From contig DF237397.1 of the NCBI GenBank assembly GCA_000708835.1, positions 1-64,000 of the forward strand: a stretch of DNA of 64,000 nt, read 5' to 3'. Under the pieces are notes generated by a model. The model did no database searches. It saw only the letters and a program-made list of their open reading frames with translations, and had not been told where the DNA came from. Within the stretch, counting starts at the first letter, position 1, and every line of letters starts with the position of its first letter. The stretch is from Klebsormidium nitens (lineage: Eukaryota > Plantae > Klebsormidiophyceae). Positions 36,520-47,854 of the stretch are shown piece after piece. A program made the position numbers and the translations under genes.

Positions 36520-39500
36520 ATGGCCGGGGTCAACCTGAATATAGTCACAGCGGAGCGTCCCCCTTTTGTGTTCAAAAGCAGTCGCACGGACGGAGGCGGA
36601 ATCTGGTTTGGTTTCCTGGTCGAATTGCTACCGTTGCTGTTTCAATATGCCAACCTGAATGTGACGCTCAATTACTACGAGTCCCCGACAAACGAGGGTG
36701 GAAGCCTACTGCCAAATGGAACGTGGTCTGGTGAGCTTGTTGGCCTTTGCTCTTCAAGTGATTCAGGGGCTTTTGGGTTCCCAAGTTAGTGGCGTTTATT
36801 AACAGGAAATAGAAATGGACAGATCTGGAGGGTTAGGAACCTCGGTCAGGAGCTGCGCAGCAATTGCGTTGGGGTTTCTTGAAGTTACTGGGAACGTTGT
36901 TTCAGACTGGTTCGGGTTTGGGTTGAGCTGAAGGTGGTAGTTATGAAGGAGCTGCTTTCCTGAAAGCAGGTTAAGGTGGCGGTCAAGCACAGTCAGAAGT
37001 GTTAACTTGAGAGTTATTAGGGTGTGGGTTGGGGATACTTAGGGAGGGCTGAAAAGCGGTTAAAAAAGGTCGGATACGGCGGGTTTCAAAGTATCCACCT
37101 TAGACCTACAGGCATCAGCTTAAATGTTTGTGGAAGGACGGCACCATCAAATTCTGTATGAATAAAGTCACACAAACTGGAATCCGCTTCCAGCCGGTTT
37201 TAGGGTTTTACGGATTTCGCATTCGCAGGCACGTCCAAAACGCCCCGTCAGCCTAAACAGACCCAAACGTCCAACACATCATTTCTGCTTAAAGGCGGTG
37301 TGCCATGCCAAAGACTACTCCGTGTGGCTTGATTATGTTGACACTACTAAAGAAATTTTCTGAAAAATCTTTGCATTGCAGGAGTGACCGGGGAACTGGT
37401 TTACGGGCGGGCCGACATAGCGACTTTCCCTTTGGTCCAAGCCCCCTGGCGGTGTGCCAGTCCACAGACTATTTCGTGTGGCCTGAAATTTTTGACACCA
37501 AGAAACGAATCAATTATCCTGCCTTGCAGGAGTGACCGGGGAACTGGTTTACGGGCGGGCCGACATTGCGGCTTTCCCCTTGTTCCTAACACCAGGGCGT
37601 ACCGCAGTGATCGATCTCACATACTCGTACTATGAGTCGGGTCTCGGAGTGCTCGTCCAAAAAGAGGTTAGTCCCTTAAAGAGGACACTTCAAATATGGT
37701 TATCTCTCGTTTCGGGTCTCGGGGTGCTCGTGCCGAAGGAGGTTAGTCGCTCAAACTGAGGGTTAACCGCTTTAAGAGTGGCGCATCGCAGGCCGGTTAT
37801 CTCACGTATTCTTTCTACGAGTCAAGTCTCGGAATACTCGTTCGAAAAGAGGTTAGTCGCCCAGACCTAGGGTTAGTCGCTTGATGAGGGCGCGTCAAAG
37901 GTCGTACTCCTACTACAAGTCGGGTCTCGGAGTACTCACTCAAGAAGAGGTTAGGCGCTCAAATCAAGGGTTGATGGTTTAACGAAGGCGCATTACAGTG
38001 CGGTTACTCTCACATCCTTTCACTACGAGTTGGGTCTTGGGGTGCTCGTGCAAAAAGAGGTTAGTTTCTCAAGGAAAACACGTTACATACGACCATCTCA
38101 CGTCCGCCCACTAAGAGTCAGGTCTTTGGAGGCTCGTCCAAAAAGAGGTTAGTCGCTCAAACAGAGGTTTAGTGGCTTCAAGAGGGCTGGTCACAGGGTC
38201 CGTCGAAAAAGTGGGTACCGTCGAGGTGAACGGTCACGAGTCCTAGCAGCGTTTCTGCTCGGGGAGGAATCTCATCTATCTCCGTCTTCTGGGGACATAA
38301 AGCAGAAATGCTTGCTGTGCACTCGCCTTTCTTCAGCTTCTGATTTCCTGGTCTCAAGATAGTCAGGGCCTCTTTGGAAGCCTACCTTTTCGAGGCGCTG
38401 CATCAGGGATTGCGCCAACGTTCAGTTTCAGATTGTCAAACGTCGCAATTCTTATTCTTTTCCCTTAGCGTCCACGTTGTAACTTGCGAACGCCTTTGGC
38501 ACGTGAGTTCCTTTTAAAGCCCTGCTGCGCTGGACACATCGGAGTGACTCCTGCAATTTGAGACCTGTGAACCTCAATCCTCTGATGCGCTGAGAATTGA
38601 AACCTCCAATCCCAAACCATAAACCCTTAGCCGTTTTCTGGACCATGTGCCGACCGTTTAACTCGTCATTCGCAAGCAACCCTGGTACGGACCTTTTCCT
38701 TATGCTCTCCGTTTCAAAACCTTGTATAAGTTTGGGCCTTTAAGAAACGAGAGGCCGGCGAAACCTCGAGTTCTAAAGTTCAGGATTTAAACCTTTGCCC
38801 GAACAGATTGCAGGCACCCCCGGTACGGACCTCTTTCTAAAACCCTTCACTCCCGCGCTCTGGTTGGCTCTCATTGCGACGGTCCTCGGAATGGCCATCG
38901 TCTATCACCTACTCTCGTGGGCTTCGCCTTTGGGCGAGTTTGAAGTCGTTAAAGTGCGCAATGTGTCTACGAACTCCCCCGTCGAAGAGTTCTCCATTAA
39001 CTCAGGTGAGCCACACGGTCTTAGCAATAAAGTGCAGTTCTTGTCCCCCAAGTTCGACAGAATTTTTTCGTGTAGTCTAAACGTTTACTGCTGTCCGTAG
39101 GGGCCAAAAGTCAAGGAGCGCACTGCAGTCGATGGACCGTTTGACGGTCGAAACTTTCGAGCGATGTTTAGGTTTTGCATGGTAGAGAACGTTCCCATTC
39201 TAGGGGCGTCAGAATGAGTGTCGCCCTTGAGGGGGGGTGAAGGTTTGAGGGTCAATATGAGTTTTCCTTGTGGCTAGACTCTGATCACGTCTCTCTTGAA
39301 GTTTGTCTGACAGCTGTAGTGGTTTGGTGAGCTTTTGATGATGGTCTGACACACGAGACAAATCCCATGTCAATCGTTTGATGCCGAAACGAAATTTTCA
39401 ATGCGAGCTTCGTCGTACTATGACGAGTATGTCGTCCACTTCATTTTTATCGAAGCTAGTCCTTCCTGAACTTGCTCGCTTTTTTGGCGCAGAGAACGAG

Positions 39501-42500
39501 TCGTTTCTGCTGGACGCGCTTCTGGTGAGCCGCACAATAGTTGCTCCTTCCCTCTTTCGAGCTACGCTCCCTCCGAAAAATCAGAACTTGGAATCAATCA
39601 CAATTGAAACGGGTGATTGTCTTGGGACTACATTCTAGCTTGCGGAAACGACTTTTCGTGGCTCTTCAAGCTGGTGTATCCTAGTTTCGTTTTGTGAGTT
39701 TGCATTCTCCTGTGCATGAATCAGATGCTCATCACTAGCAAGACTCTGCTACATTCAGGGACAATCAAAATCAGGTATTGAGAATTGGTTCCCCGGTACT
39801 ATGGGTGCGTGCTCGAGTTTCTGCTTCAGGACATTCAGCAGCTCTCAGTATTCCTCTCTGGTTGTGTGACTTCACTTGTCGTCTAGGCTGACGTAGGAGC
39901 CCTGTTTCCTGACGCAGGCGGCCATGACCATCTGCGCGACTCCACGTGGCAAGAGCTGGTCCATCCGCATCCCCAGCATAGCGTATTACTTCTTCACCAT
40001 GATCATCGTGGCTTCGTATACGGTATGCCCACTCGCCCGCATATTCTTTCCAACTTCAGATTGTTAAGGAGCAAAGACTACTATAGGAAGTGACGACTTG
40101 GTAGTAGACCGAGTTGGGTCGGAGGTACTGTGATGCTTGTAAGGTGCTCGTACCAAGCTGATTCTAGCTCTTGATATATATCTCTGAAGAAATTTCCGAG
40201 TCAAGCAACCAATCACTCTCGGGTGCCGCTGAATATGCATGCATTGCGTTCCCTCAAGTGTTCTTATCTCTCACACCTACATCCGCACCCGGCGTTTGAT
40301 GGTACGTTGCATCTCATTTCTAACGGCTAGGAGATGTCGAGTAGCTAGAGGTTGCACATCGTTTTCTCATCCCTTCAAATTTTAACCGTCAATTTATCGC
40401 CTTTCCTGACAGACAAACCTGCCTCTTTTCAATGTACTAGTCTCTGAAATAGAGCATCAGGATGGAAAGCCAGGCCCATTTTCACACTACTATAACTTCG
40501 TCTCCGGTCTGCCTTTTGAACCCCTCTTTTAACCCGTATCTTTCACGAGCGAACTTAGCCACTTACTGTATTGTCCAACGTCCCTTGATCTTTTCGAACA
40601 AAGTCGGAAGGCAGCTAGACCCACCTTCTGTTTCTGGTTAGCCTTAACCCCGTCCTTAGCCCGTCTCTTCACAGGCCGACTGTTCCGATTTGCCTTGACC
40701 CCGTTCTTAACCCGTCCCTTCGCCGGCGGGCTTCACGTCATACTCAAGGGTGCAATCGTCAAGTACCCTGTTAACTGGTTGAAGAGCTAAGACCCACTGG
40801 CACCTTTGGTTTGCCTTAACTTCGTTCTTAACCGGTCTCTCGCGCAGGCCAATTTCGCGTCCTATCTAACCGTCCAATCCTTCAAGTACCCGGTTAACAG
40901 TATCGAAGAGCTGGCCGCGCGCAATAAGCTGAATTACGTCATCAGCGGCGGGGGGGCGACCGAAAGCTACTTTCAAAACAGCGTCGATCCCACCATTCGT
41001 GCACTGCGGTCACGGTTACGGGTGAGAATCATTAATTGCAGGGGTTAAGCTTTGGTTAGGCGAAATATACGCGGGATCGACTTCTTACAGCGAGTATGCT
41101 CCAAATGGTATACAAGGGTGAAAGTCATTTGTGACAGGGACTACGTTTTGATTAATGTTTTACGATTGAGACTTCAGTCTCAGAAATCTTAAAGGCTCTG
41201 TAAATGCATCCGCTGAGACGCACCAGTGTTGCTAGGTGCCCTACTCCGCAGCTTCCCTTTTTGCGCTCTCCCACACAGCGTCGATCTAGCAATTCTCACG
41301 CAATTCGGATACATTGTTTGCGGCCGAGACCGAATGTGGAGTCATTCAGGTGGCATGCCTCCGTCCTGTGAAGACAGTCTCTAAACTGCAAGTTTGTTCA
41401 CGTTGTAAGGGAGATTCGTCAGGGAAATCAGGGTCAGAGAGGGCGTTTCGTGAGGAAGTGTATGAGCACGCTGCCAAACGAGAGTGCTTTTTGCGCAATC
41501 ATACCTCAATATGACACTCGCCGTGTTGCGCTTTCCCTGGGCATAGCGGGCTGCTTTTCCATCGCATCGTGGGAATCAAGTCTGCTGGTACTGCACACGT
41601 GTTATCTGCTGCGCAGAATGAAGAGAAGTTGCTCTTTAACGTCATTGATGAACTGTGCGCCTTCTGGTTGTGCAATCTGTGCTTTGCCTCCACAACAGCA
41701 GATTTTCCAGATTTTCCTGTGTTGCCGTCCGGTTGAATTCGCACCAACGAGCATGATAACAGAGACAATGTTGCAGGAGAGGCGCGTCACTTGACTCGAA
41801 ATCTCGAAAGACGCACTCCCCCTTGGCTCAATTACCCCAATTGCGTAAGTCTTTCTCAACTGCAGACGGTCATTGGGAACATCGACGGCGTTCAGGCAGT
41901 GCGCGACGGAAAGTACACCGCTTATCTCGCAGAGACGCCGACCCTTCAATACTTCTCGGGACAGGATCCGTGCGATTTGCAGGTTAGTGACCGGTTTAAC
42001 AAATTCCGCGGGGACCCATCTACTCAGGAAGGGTTTTGGCTGCTAACCAGGTCTGGTCGTTGGGCATTAGGCTAACTTCCAGCCGATAATCGGCGGTGAT
42101 GCACCGCCATGTGACGTATGCGCTTAGGGCAGCTTCCGGACGCTAGGGGGCGCTGCCGGACCGTACTAAATATTGAGGGCGTTTGGGAAAACGGTTCTTC
42201 TCGCGCGCTTTCTCGTTTACGGCGCTGGAATCAAAACACAGGCAAGTGTTCGGAAGAATGGTTCGTACACGCAAGCTCCACACCCTCATCCAATAGAAGC
42301 TTAGATCCGCAAACGGAATGTATACCACTTCGGACGCTCCCCAGGTGGTGGGCGCGCCATTCGGACCGTCCTTTTACACTCTGGTGTCCGAAAGAACGGT
42401 CCGTTCAAGCGAGCTCCTAAAAATACTCTAGTCCTCAAGTCCCGAAACCAGAAACCTTTGACCCGAAAGTCCGAACCTTGAAACCTCAAACATCACTTTC

Positions 42501-44911
42501 GGACGCTATTTAGAAGGTTGGTACGCCGTTCGGCCCGTCCGTCCCGTCCGTTGACACCCCAAGGTTCCGAAAGAACCACCTTCACATAACTATTTGCATC
42601 AGATTCCGTTTATTCTTAGGATTTGAGGATCAAGTCACTATCTCTCAATGAATCCTTCGCTAAGAGATCGAAAACCGTAAGAGCGGATTCTTGTCTCGGA
42701 CTTTTGCAGGTGGTCGGTGCGCCCTTCGACTCGTTCCTTTCAGATTTGTGACATTCGAAAGAACGATCCGTACAAGTCAACTCTCAACCAATCCATTACC
42801 CTAAGATCTGAAGGCCCTAGAAGCCAAAACCCAATTTCGGACGCTTCCTAGGTGGTCGGCACGCCTTTCGGACCGTCCCTGTCACTTTGGGCGTCCAAAA
42901 GAGTGGTCTGGACACGCAATGTCTTAACCCCAAACCTTAACCCTAGATTGTAAAGACTCTAGAATCCACTTTTGGACGGTTCAGGTGGTCGGCGTGCCGT
43001 TCGGACCGTCCGTTTACACCTTGGACGGTCCGCATATGCAAGCTGTCTACCCTAAATCGTCAAAATGCCCTTACAATTTAGTTTGGAAATACCAAAACCC
43101 TTCAAACATTTGAACCCCAAAACTTATAGCCCCGCTTTCGGACGCTTCCCAGGTGGTCGGCTCGCCCTTTGGACCGTCCGTGTACACCTTGGGCTTCCGC
43201 AAGAATGGTCCGTACACGCGCGCGATCAACCGGGCGATGCTGCAGCTGAAGCAGAATGGGCTGTTGGACGAGCTTAGAAAGAAGTGGGTCGACGACCAGA
43301 ACGTGTGCTCAGCGGAAAACTCGGTAGGCTTCCCTCCCCTTGTATTTGTCTAACGATCTTCGTATTTCTCCTTGAGCTCGTGATTACAGTCATAAGAAAG
43401 ACTTTGGTCGACGACCGAAACGCGTGCACAGCGGAAAACCCGGTAAGTTTGCTCCCAATCTAAACTCATTGTGGTCATTCACAGCACTTCAGACTTTCTT
43501 TCCCGACTCTTTCGATGGCCCCGAACGTGTGCATAATGAAAAGCTCGGCAGGTGTCCCTCCCTGGTCTTGGCTTGATTTGTCTCTTTGTGATCGTCACTT
43601 TCGTGAAACTCGTCTGATCCCATTTTTCAGAAGCAGTGGCTCGATGACCACAGACCTGTTTGCTGCGAAATCTCGATGGGCTTCCCGCCACTAGTTTCGA
43701 CGTCTCGTGGCCCCTCGCTGTCGTCGTTTTTGTCCAACTCTCTGTCTGACCGTGTCACAAGAATAAGATGCACTTCTAATCAAAAGCGTGTACTGCGGAT
43801 ATACTGGTAACTTTCCTCTCATATGCATGTCATTGTGTTCTCTTCGTGCTTGGCCTTCACATTCAAAGAACGAAGTGCTTCTGATTCTTTTCCTCGGAAT
43901 GAGTTGGTTGACGGCCAAGATGTGTGCAGCTAAGGACTCGTTGGGCTATTCTATCTCCTTGTTTGCAATTCCGAACTCTGATGTTTCCTTCCGTCTGCGG
44001 GCCTCCGATCTTTGATTGTGGGTGATACGCCGGAACTCCCTGCTCAAAACCCGGGTTCGACTTCTGAAGCCCGTCGCTTACAGCGCGTGACGTCATGGAA
44101 CAAAGGCATATGCTTCTTTCTGGACTGTTCAAAACTTCTATTCGAACAGATGACTAATACACAACGAGAACATTCCTGATGCACCAAGGGACGTTTCGCA
44201 ATTTCGCAATCGGGTCAATTCAGCATCACGGCGCATTGAACGTTTGGCAATTGTCAACGGAAGCGGAACGGACACGGAGACGGACACAATCGAAGAGGCA
44301 CCGTGAATCCTTATATACGCAAGTCGCTAGCTTAACAGAACTCTCTGCTGACGTCACTTCTTGAGCGATGAGGTTCCTGGTTTTGGAGACACATCGTCCC
44401 CTTGGAGACTAACTCACTTACGCCCTGTTTAAAACAGAATTTTGGAACGCTTGTATCGTGCATATTGAATCCCCATTCCCTTTTGCAGTTAACGAACACC
44501 TCGTTGCGCGTCAAAGACTTCAGCGGGCTATGGTACCTCCTCGTCGGCGTGCTCGCTTTTGGCTTCGTATGGGCGATCGGCGAACGGATTCTGGTGAAGA
44601 CTCTTGCCGCCAACCCCGCTCTCCGAGAAAGGTTCATCCGTACGACCCACAACGTAAGTAGGGCGGGAAAGCGGCTCGACCTCTTTTCCCGGATGTCGTC
44701 GAGGCAATCGGGGGGATCCCCCGAGGACACCGCGGTTACCGAAAACCAGGCCTTCGAACCCGGGAAGGAGGGGGCCCGGCTTGAGAAAAGCGGGTCCGAG
44801 AGGAACCGGGCGTTTGACGTGTTTGACGTGCCGGAAATTGACGAGGAGTCGGGGAACGGAGTTGATAAGCAGGAGTTTGACCCGAACAAGGAAGGGTTGG
44901 TGTTGCTTTAG
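36520..44911 (+). CDS. GLR: Glutamate receptor-like channel A; exons ~36520-36730, 37530-37666, 38807-39005, 39493-39524, 39918-40022, 40848-41021, 41866-41982, 43153-43323, 44489-44911; possible signal-peptide exon from ATG 34799
   Basis: S1 (VTAERPPFV...NGTWSG|VTGELVYGRADIAAFPL...R...YSYYESGLGVLV), M1 (FLKPFTPALW), M3 (VASYT|ANFASYLTV), S2 (GGATESYF, YLAETPTL, PCDL, KKW...C) and M4 (FSGLWYLL). All phases compatible; the N-terminus is unresolved. Confidence 0.92.
37370..38160 (+). repeat. Echoes around the GLR-A S1b exon: one acceptor copy and five donor copies
   Basis: ttgcag|GAGTGACCGGGGAACTGG occurs at 37382 and 37530. CAAAAAGAG|GTTAG-like donors occur at 37742, 37852, 37950, 38060 and 38148, after the real donor at 37667. 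Confidence 0.9.
40380..40847 (+). repeat. Acceptor echoes before the GLR-A ANFASYLT exon (about three copies)
   Basis: gccttaac...ttaacc.gtc...cag|GCC-like units near 40510, 40645 and 40695. The last includes caagtaccctgttaac...gaagagct. Confidence 0.7.
42130..43152 (+). repeat. Six acceptor echoes before the GLR-A VVGSPFGPSV exon
   Basis: ttcggacgct..YAG|GTGGTCGGC...TTCGGACCGTCC-like copies start at 42147, 42345, 42514, 42710, 42852 and 42985; the real exon starts at 43153. Confidence 0.9.
43390..43950 (+). repeat. About five donor echoes after the GLR-A KKWVDDQNVC exon
   Basis: ggtcgacgacc..aacg.gtgc.cagcggaaaac.cg|GT at 43394-43448; weaker copies near 43510, 43630, 43770 and 43905. Confidence 0.72.
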
Positions 44912-47854
44912 AGACTCTAGTGTCTGGAATCCCGTTTCAGCGCTGCATTTGATACTTTGACAGGTTAGTAAGTTTATAAATCTTTGCACCTTGCTGGAAA
45001 GCCAGCCCGCGAAATCTCAGCAGGACAGTTCGCGACTCCGCCAATCTTGGCCCCGAAACGACGTGACGAAAGCTTCTAAAACAACTCTTAAGTAACTAGT
45101 AGTTGTTGGTGAAGGTTTAGCAAGAAATAATTAGCATACATATCTTGCCGCGGCTGTGGTCCTAACCTTCCAGATTTAAGGTAGAACGTGGACTCCATCA
45201 TTAGAGCAGGCAAGGAACTGTCGCAATCAGCTCAAAATTAGCGTAAAGTTTGGGGAAAGCGCTTCCAAGCACGATCCCAGTAGATACAAGATTTTTGAAC
45301 CCATTAATTACTGATTCAAAAACAAGCCATTGATGTAACAATATGGATGATGCAAAAGATCTTACCAGAGACTTGCGACGGACTACGGTGATCGACTTCA
45401 TTTGTAAAAAAGACTCTAATTACGAGCTTAAGAATACTTATGAAAGCTACGCAAGTCAATGGATATACAACTGAGTTGTATATCCATTCAGAATTAGTCG
45501 TCTTTAGGACACCCTCTGGTCTACATAAGTCTAGCTTGCAGATAACATTTCAATTCGAAGTTTAGAACAATCTGTACGGTACATGCATGCAGAGCAGGTC
45601 GCGCTTTCAATGCGATACTAACCTGCAGTCGATCGACGCCCTGACCAGATAATTAGCCAAGATTTCTAAGACGTACATCTTTGAAGCGTCCATCATATCA
45701 AAATCTGGCAAGATGTTGGACTCAACCACTGTCACTATCAGGCTTGGAACGTACGGATGCTCACAGTTTTCTGCAGACCGTCCGTTCGAATCTTTCATTG
45801 CAAAGCCGCGCATGGCCCATGCCGGTCGGACGTTTCATTGAGCAGCTCAACAAAGAATGTGGACAGTGGCGGCTGGCCTGTAATTAAAGAAGTGGGCGTG
45901 CACGGCTGCCGGTAGGTAAGATCGCCAATCATTGACGGTACTTAATAAACGGCCGGTGACGTCGCGCTGCCGCTCCAATAAGAGGGTTCGACGTATGGGC
46001 AACCCCACAAATTCTGGAGATTTTATCGGATCTACACGTCAGGCCCAGCCGTCCACCGGGCTAGATTTGTAAGAGCTGTTTGCTGCTTATAAAGTCTCCA
46101 AAATAGGAGCCGGGGCAAGCCCCCGGGTGCGCGTACCAGCCAGGCTGATGCATTACCGGTGCCACGTGGTGGCACAATTGATATCTTCGTTACTACCGGT
46201 ATGATCTTTGAGTTGCCCGGGTACTTTATCAACCAAAGGAGATAACTCAGAAAAAATACCTACTCGGTGACAAGTCAACTTGTGCCGCCCCCAAGCGCAC
46301 CCTAACCCACTGAACAGTCGGCTAACCCCACACATCTTCCGGGCGGCTATCTAGGTCGATCACAGCATCACACTACAAAGTGCACAGCAGATGTTGTTAG
46401 GGGCCTCGGCTAGGAAATCAACCTGCAATGATGATCAGAATCGCAGGATGGTGTCCACTCCCTCTGAATCTGAGACTCTGAGTCTCAGTCCACTCCTCCA
46501 GAGTTCTCATGATAAAGCCAATACTGACAGATCTGACATGTGCGGCTTCCTGCCAAAGCTTGGGTCCTCCACGTCTAGCAGCATTGTGAATTTTGTGATA
46601 GGAGTCAACAACCAGGCATCAGCTTATCGGGAGCTGCTGCTAGTTTTCAGACACAAGTGGACGCAAGCGACGCACCAAGAGTGCAGAAGGGCTGAGACGA
46701 AGGGGTCGGAGCTAATGATAGCACAGGTCAGGAGCATTAATATAGATTGCTAATCACAGCGTGTGAAAACCTAGTTTTGATCAGTGTGAGCTTTGTGCGG
46801 ATTTTGCTCAGTGGTCAGCTAGCTGCTTGCTTCTCTGCAGCTGAAGAAAGCAGGACATGCGCATCGAAGCCTGAAGATCGAGGAAGAGAGGGCAAGCATC
46901 AAAAGAAGGGAGACTGCAGATGTTAGCCGCGGAAGCTGTGAGCAGCGCAGAGAAACCCTGCGATTCTTCCGTTTACAGCTGCAGTTTGTGTAGGTCAACA
47001 AACGTACCTGGTTCTAGACTCTATTAGCGGTTGTCAGAGAGTTCATAAGCTATTCTGGAAGATTTGTGAGCTTTGCTTAGGTTCACAAACCCCACCACCC
47101 CTCTGTCGTCCTCAAAAGCCGGGCACATTTTCTTCTGCTCAACCAACTTTTTTCCAAGGCGTTCTTTCAATGTCATTTGTATCAACGACACCTCGAGAAC
47201 ATTGGTCAAGCTGCTACAGGTCAAGAATGTGAAAAGAGATGCCAAGTGAAGTCTAGTTCCTAGTGAATAATTCAACAGGTAAGTTGTGACGATTCAACGG
47301 TGCGTTTTGCAATTCTTGTGCAAGAATATGATGCTTGTTTAAGGATTGCTAAAGTGTGCATCTAATCTTTGCAAGTGCCGTTTAGTTGACCAAACCAGAA
47401 TCATAGTCATAATCAGTCTGGCTTCGGTTATGGCTCACGCAGTGGACTTGAAGATGTGTGGGCCCTGCATGCTTTTATCGACCTCATTCAAGAGCCTCTG
47501 GTCAAAAGGATGATTGGACAGCTTCCTGCAACACGATCTTTAAACCGTTCTTGAGCGGCCTTCCGCAAATGAGAATCTGGGATCAATGGCAGACATCAGA
47601 GCTCAACGGGTCTTAGCAACGTGTCAATCACAGCAATTATTTGCTCAAAGCAAGAATAAGTCAGATAGTATCCTGTATAAGTTAGATAGTATCCTCTACA
47701 ATACAGGGAAGCAAGTTGGCGGCGCCACTAGGCTGACACTCCAACCCTGATCTACGATTGGCTTGCAATTGTAATTTGTCAGTGCCAATCTGACTGAGGC
47801 CCAATTGGCTCACAAGTTCTTCTGGCCACCTGCTGTATTGCAATCAAACCAAAT

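Noticed and set aside
39725-39774. Candidate GLR-A M2 exon with an in-frame TAG, suggesting a pseudogene
   Set aside because: The 32-nt exon at 39493-39524 fits the phases and matches paralog B, so no stop needs to be invoked.
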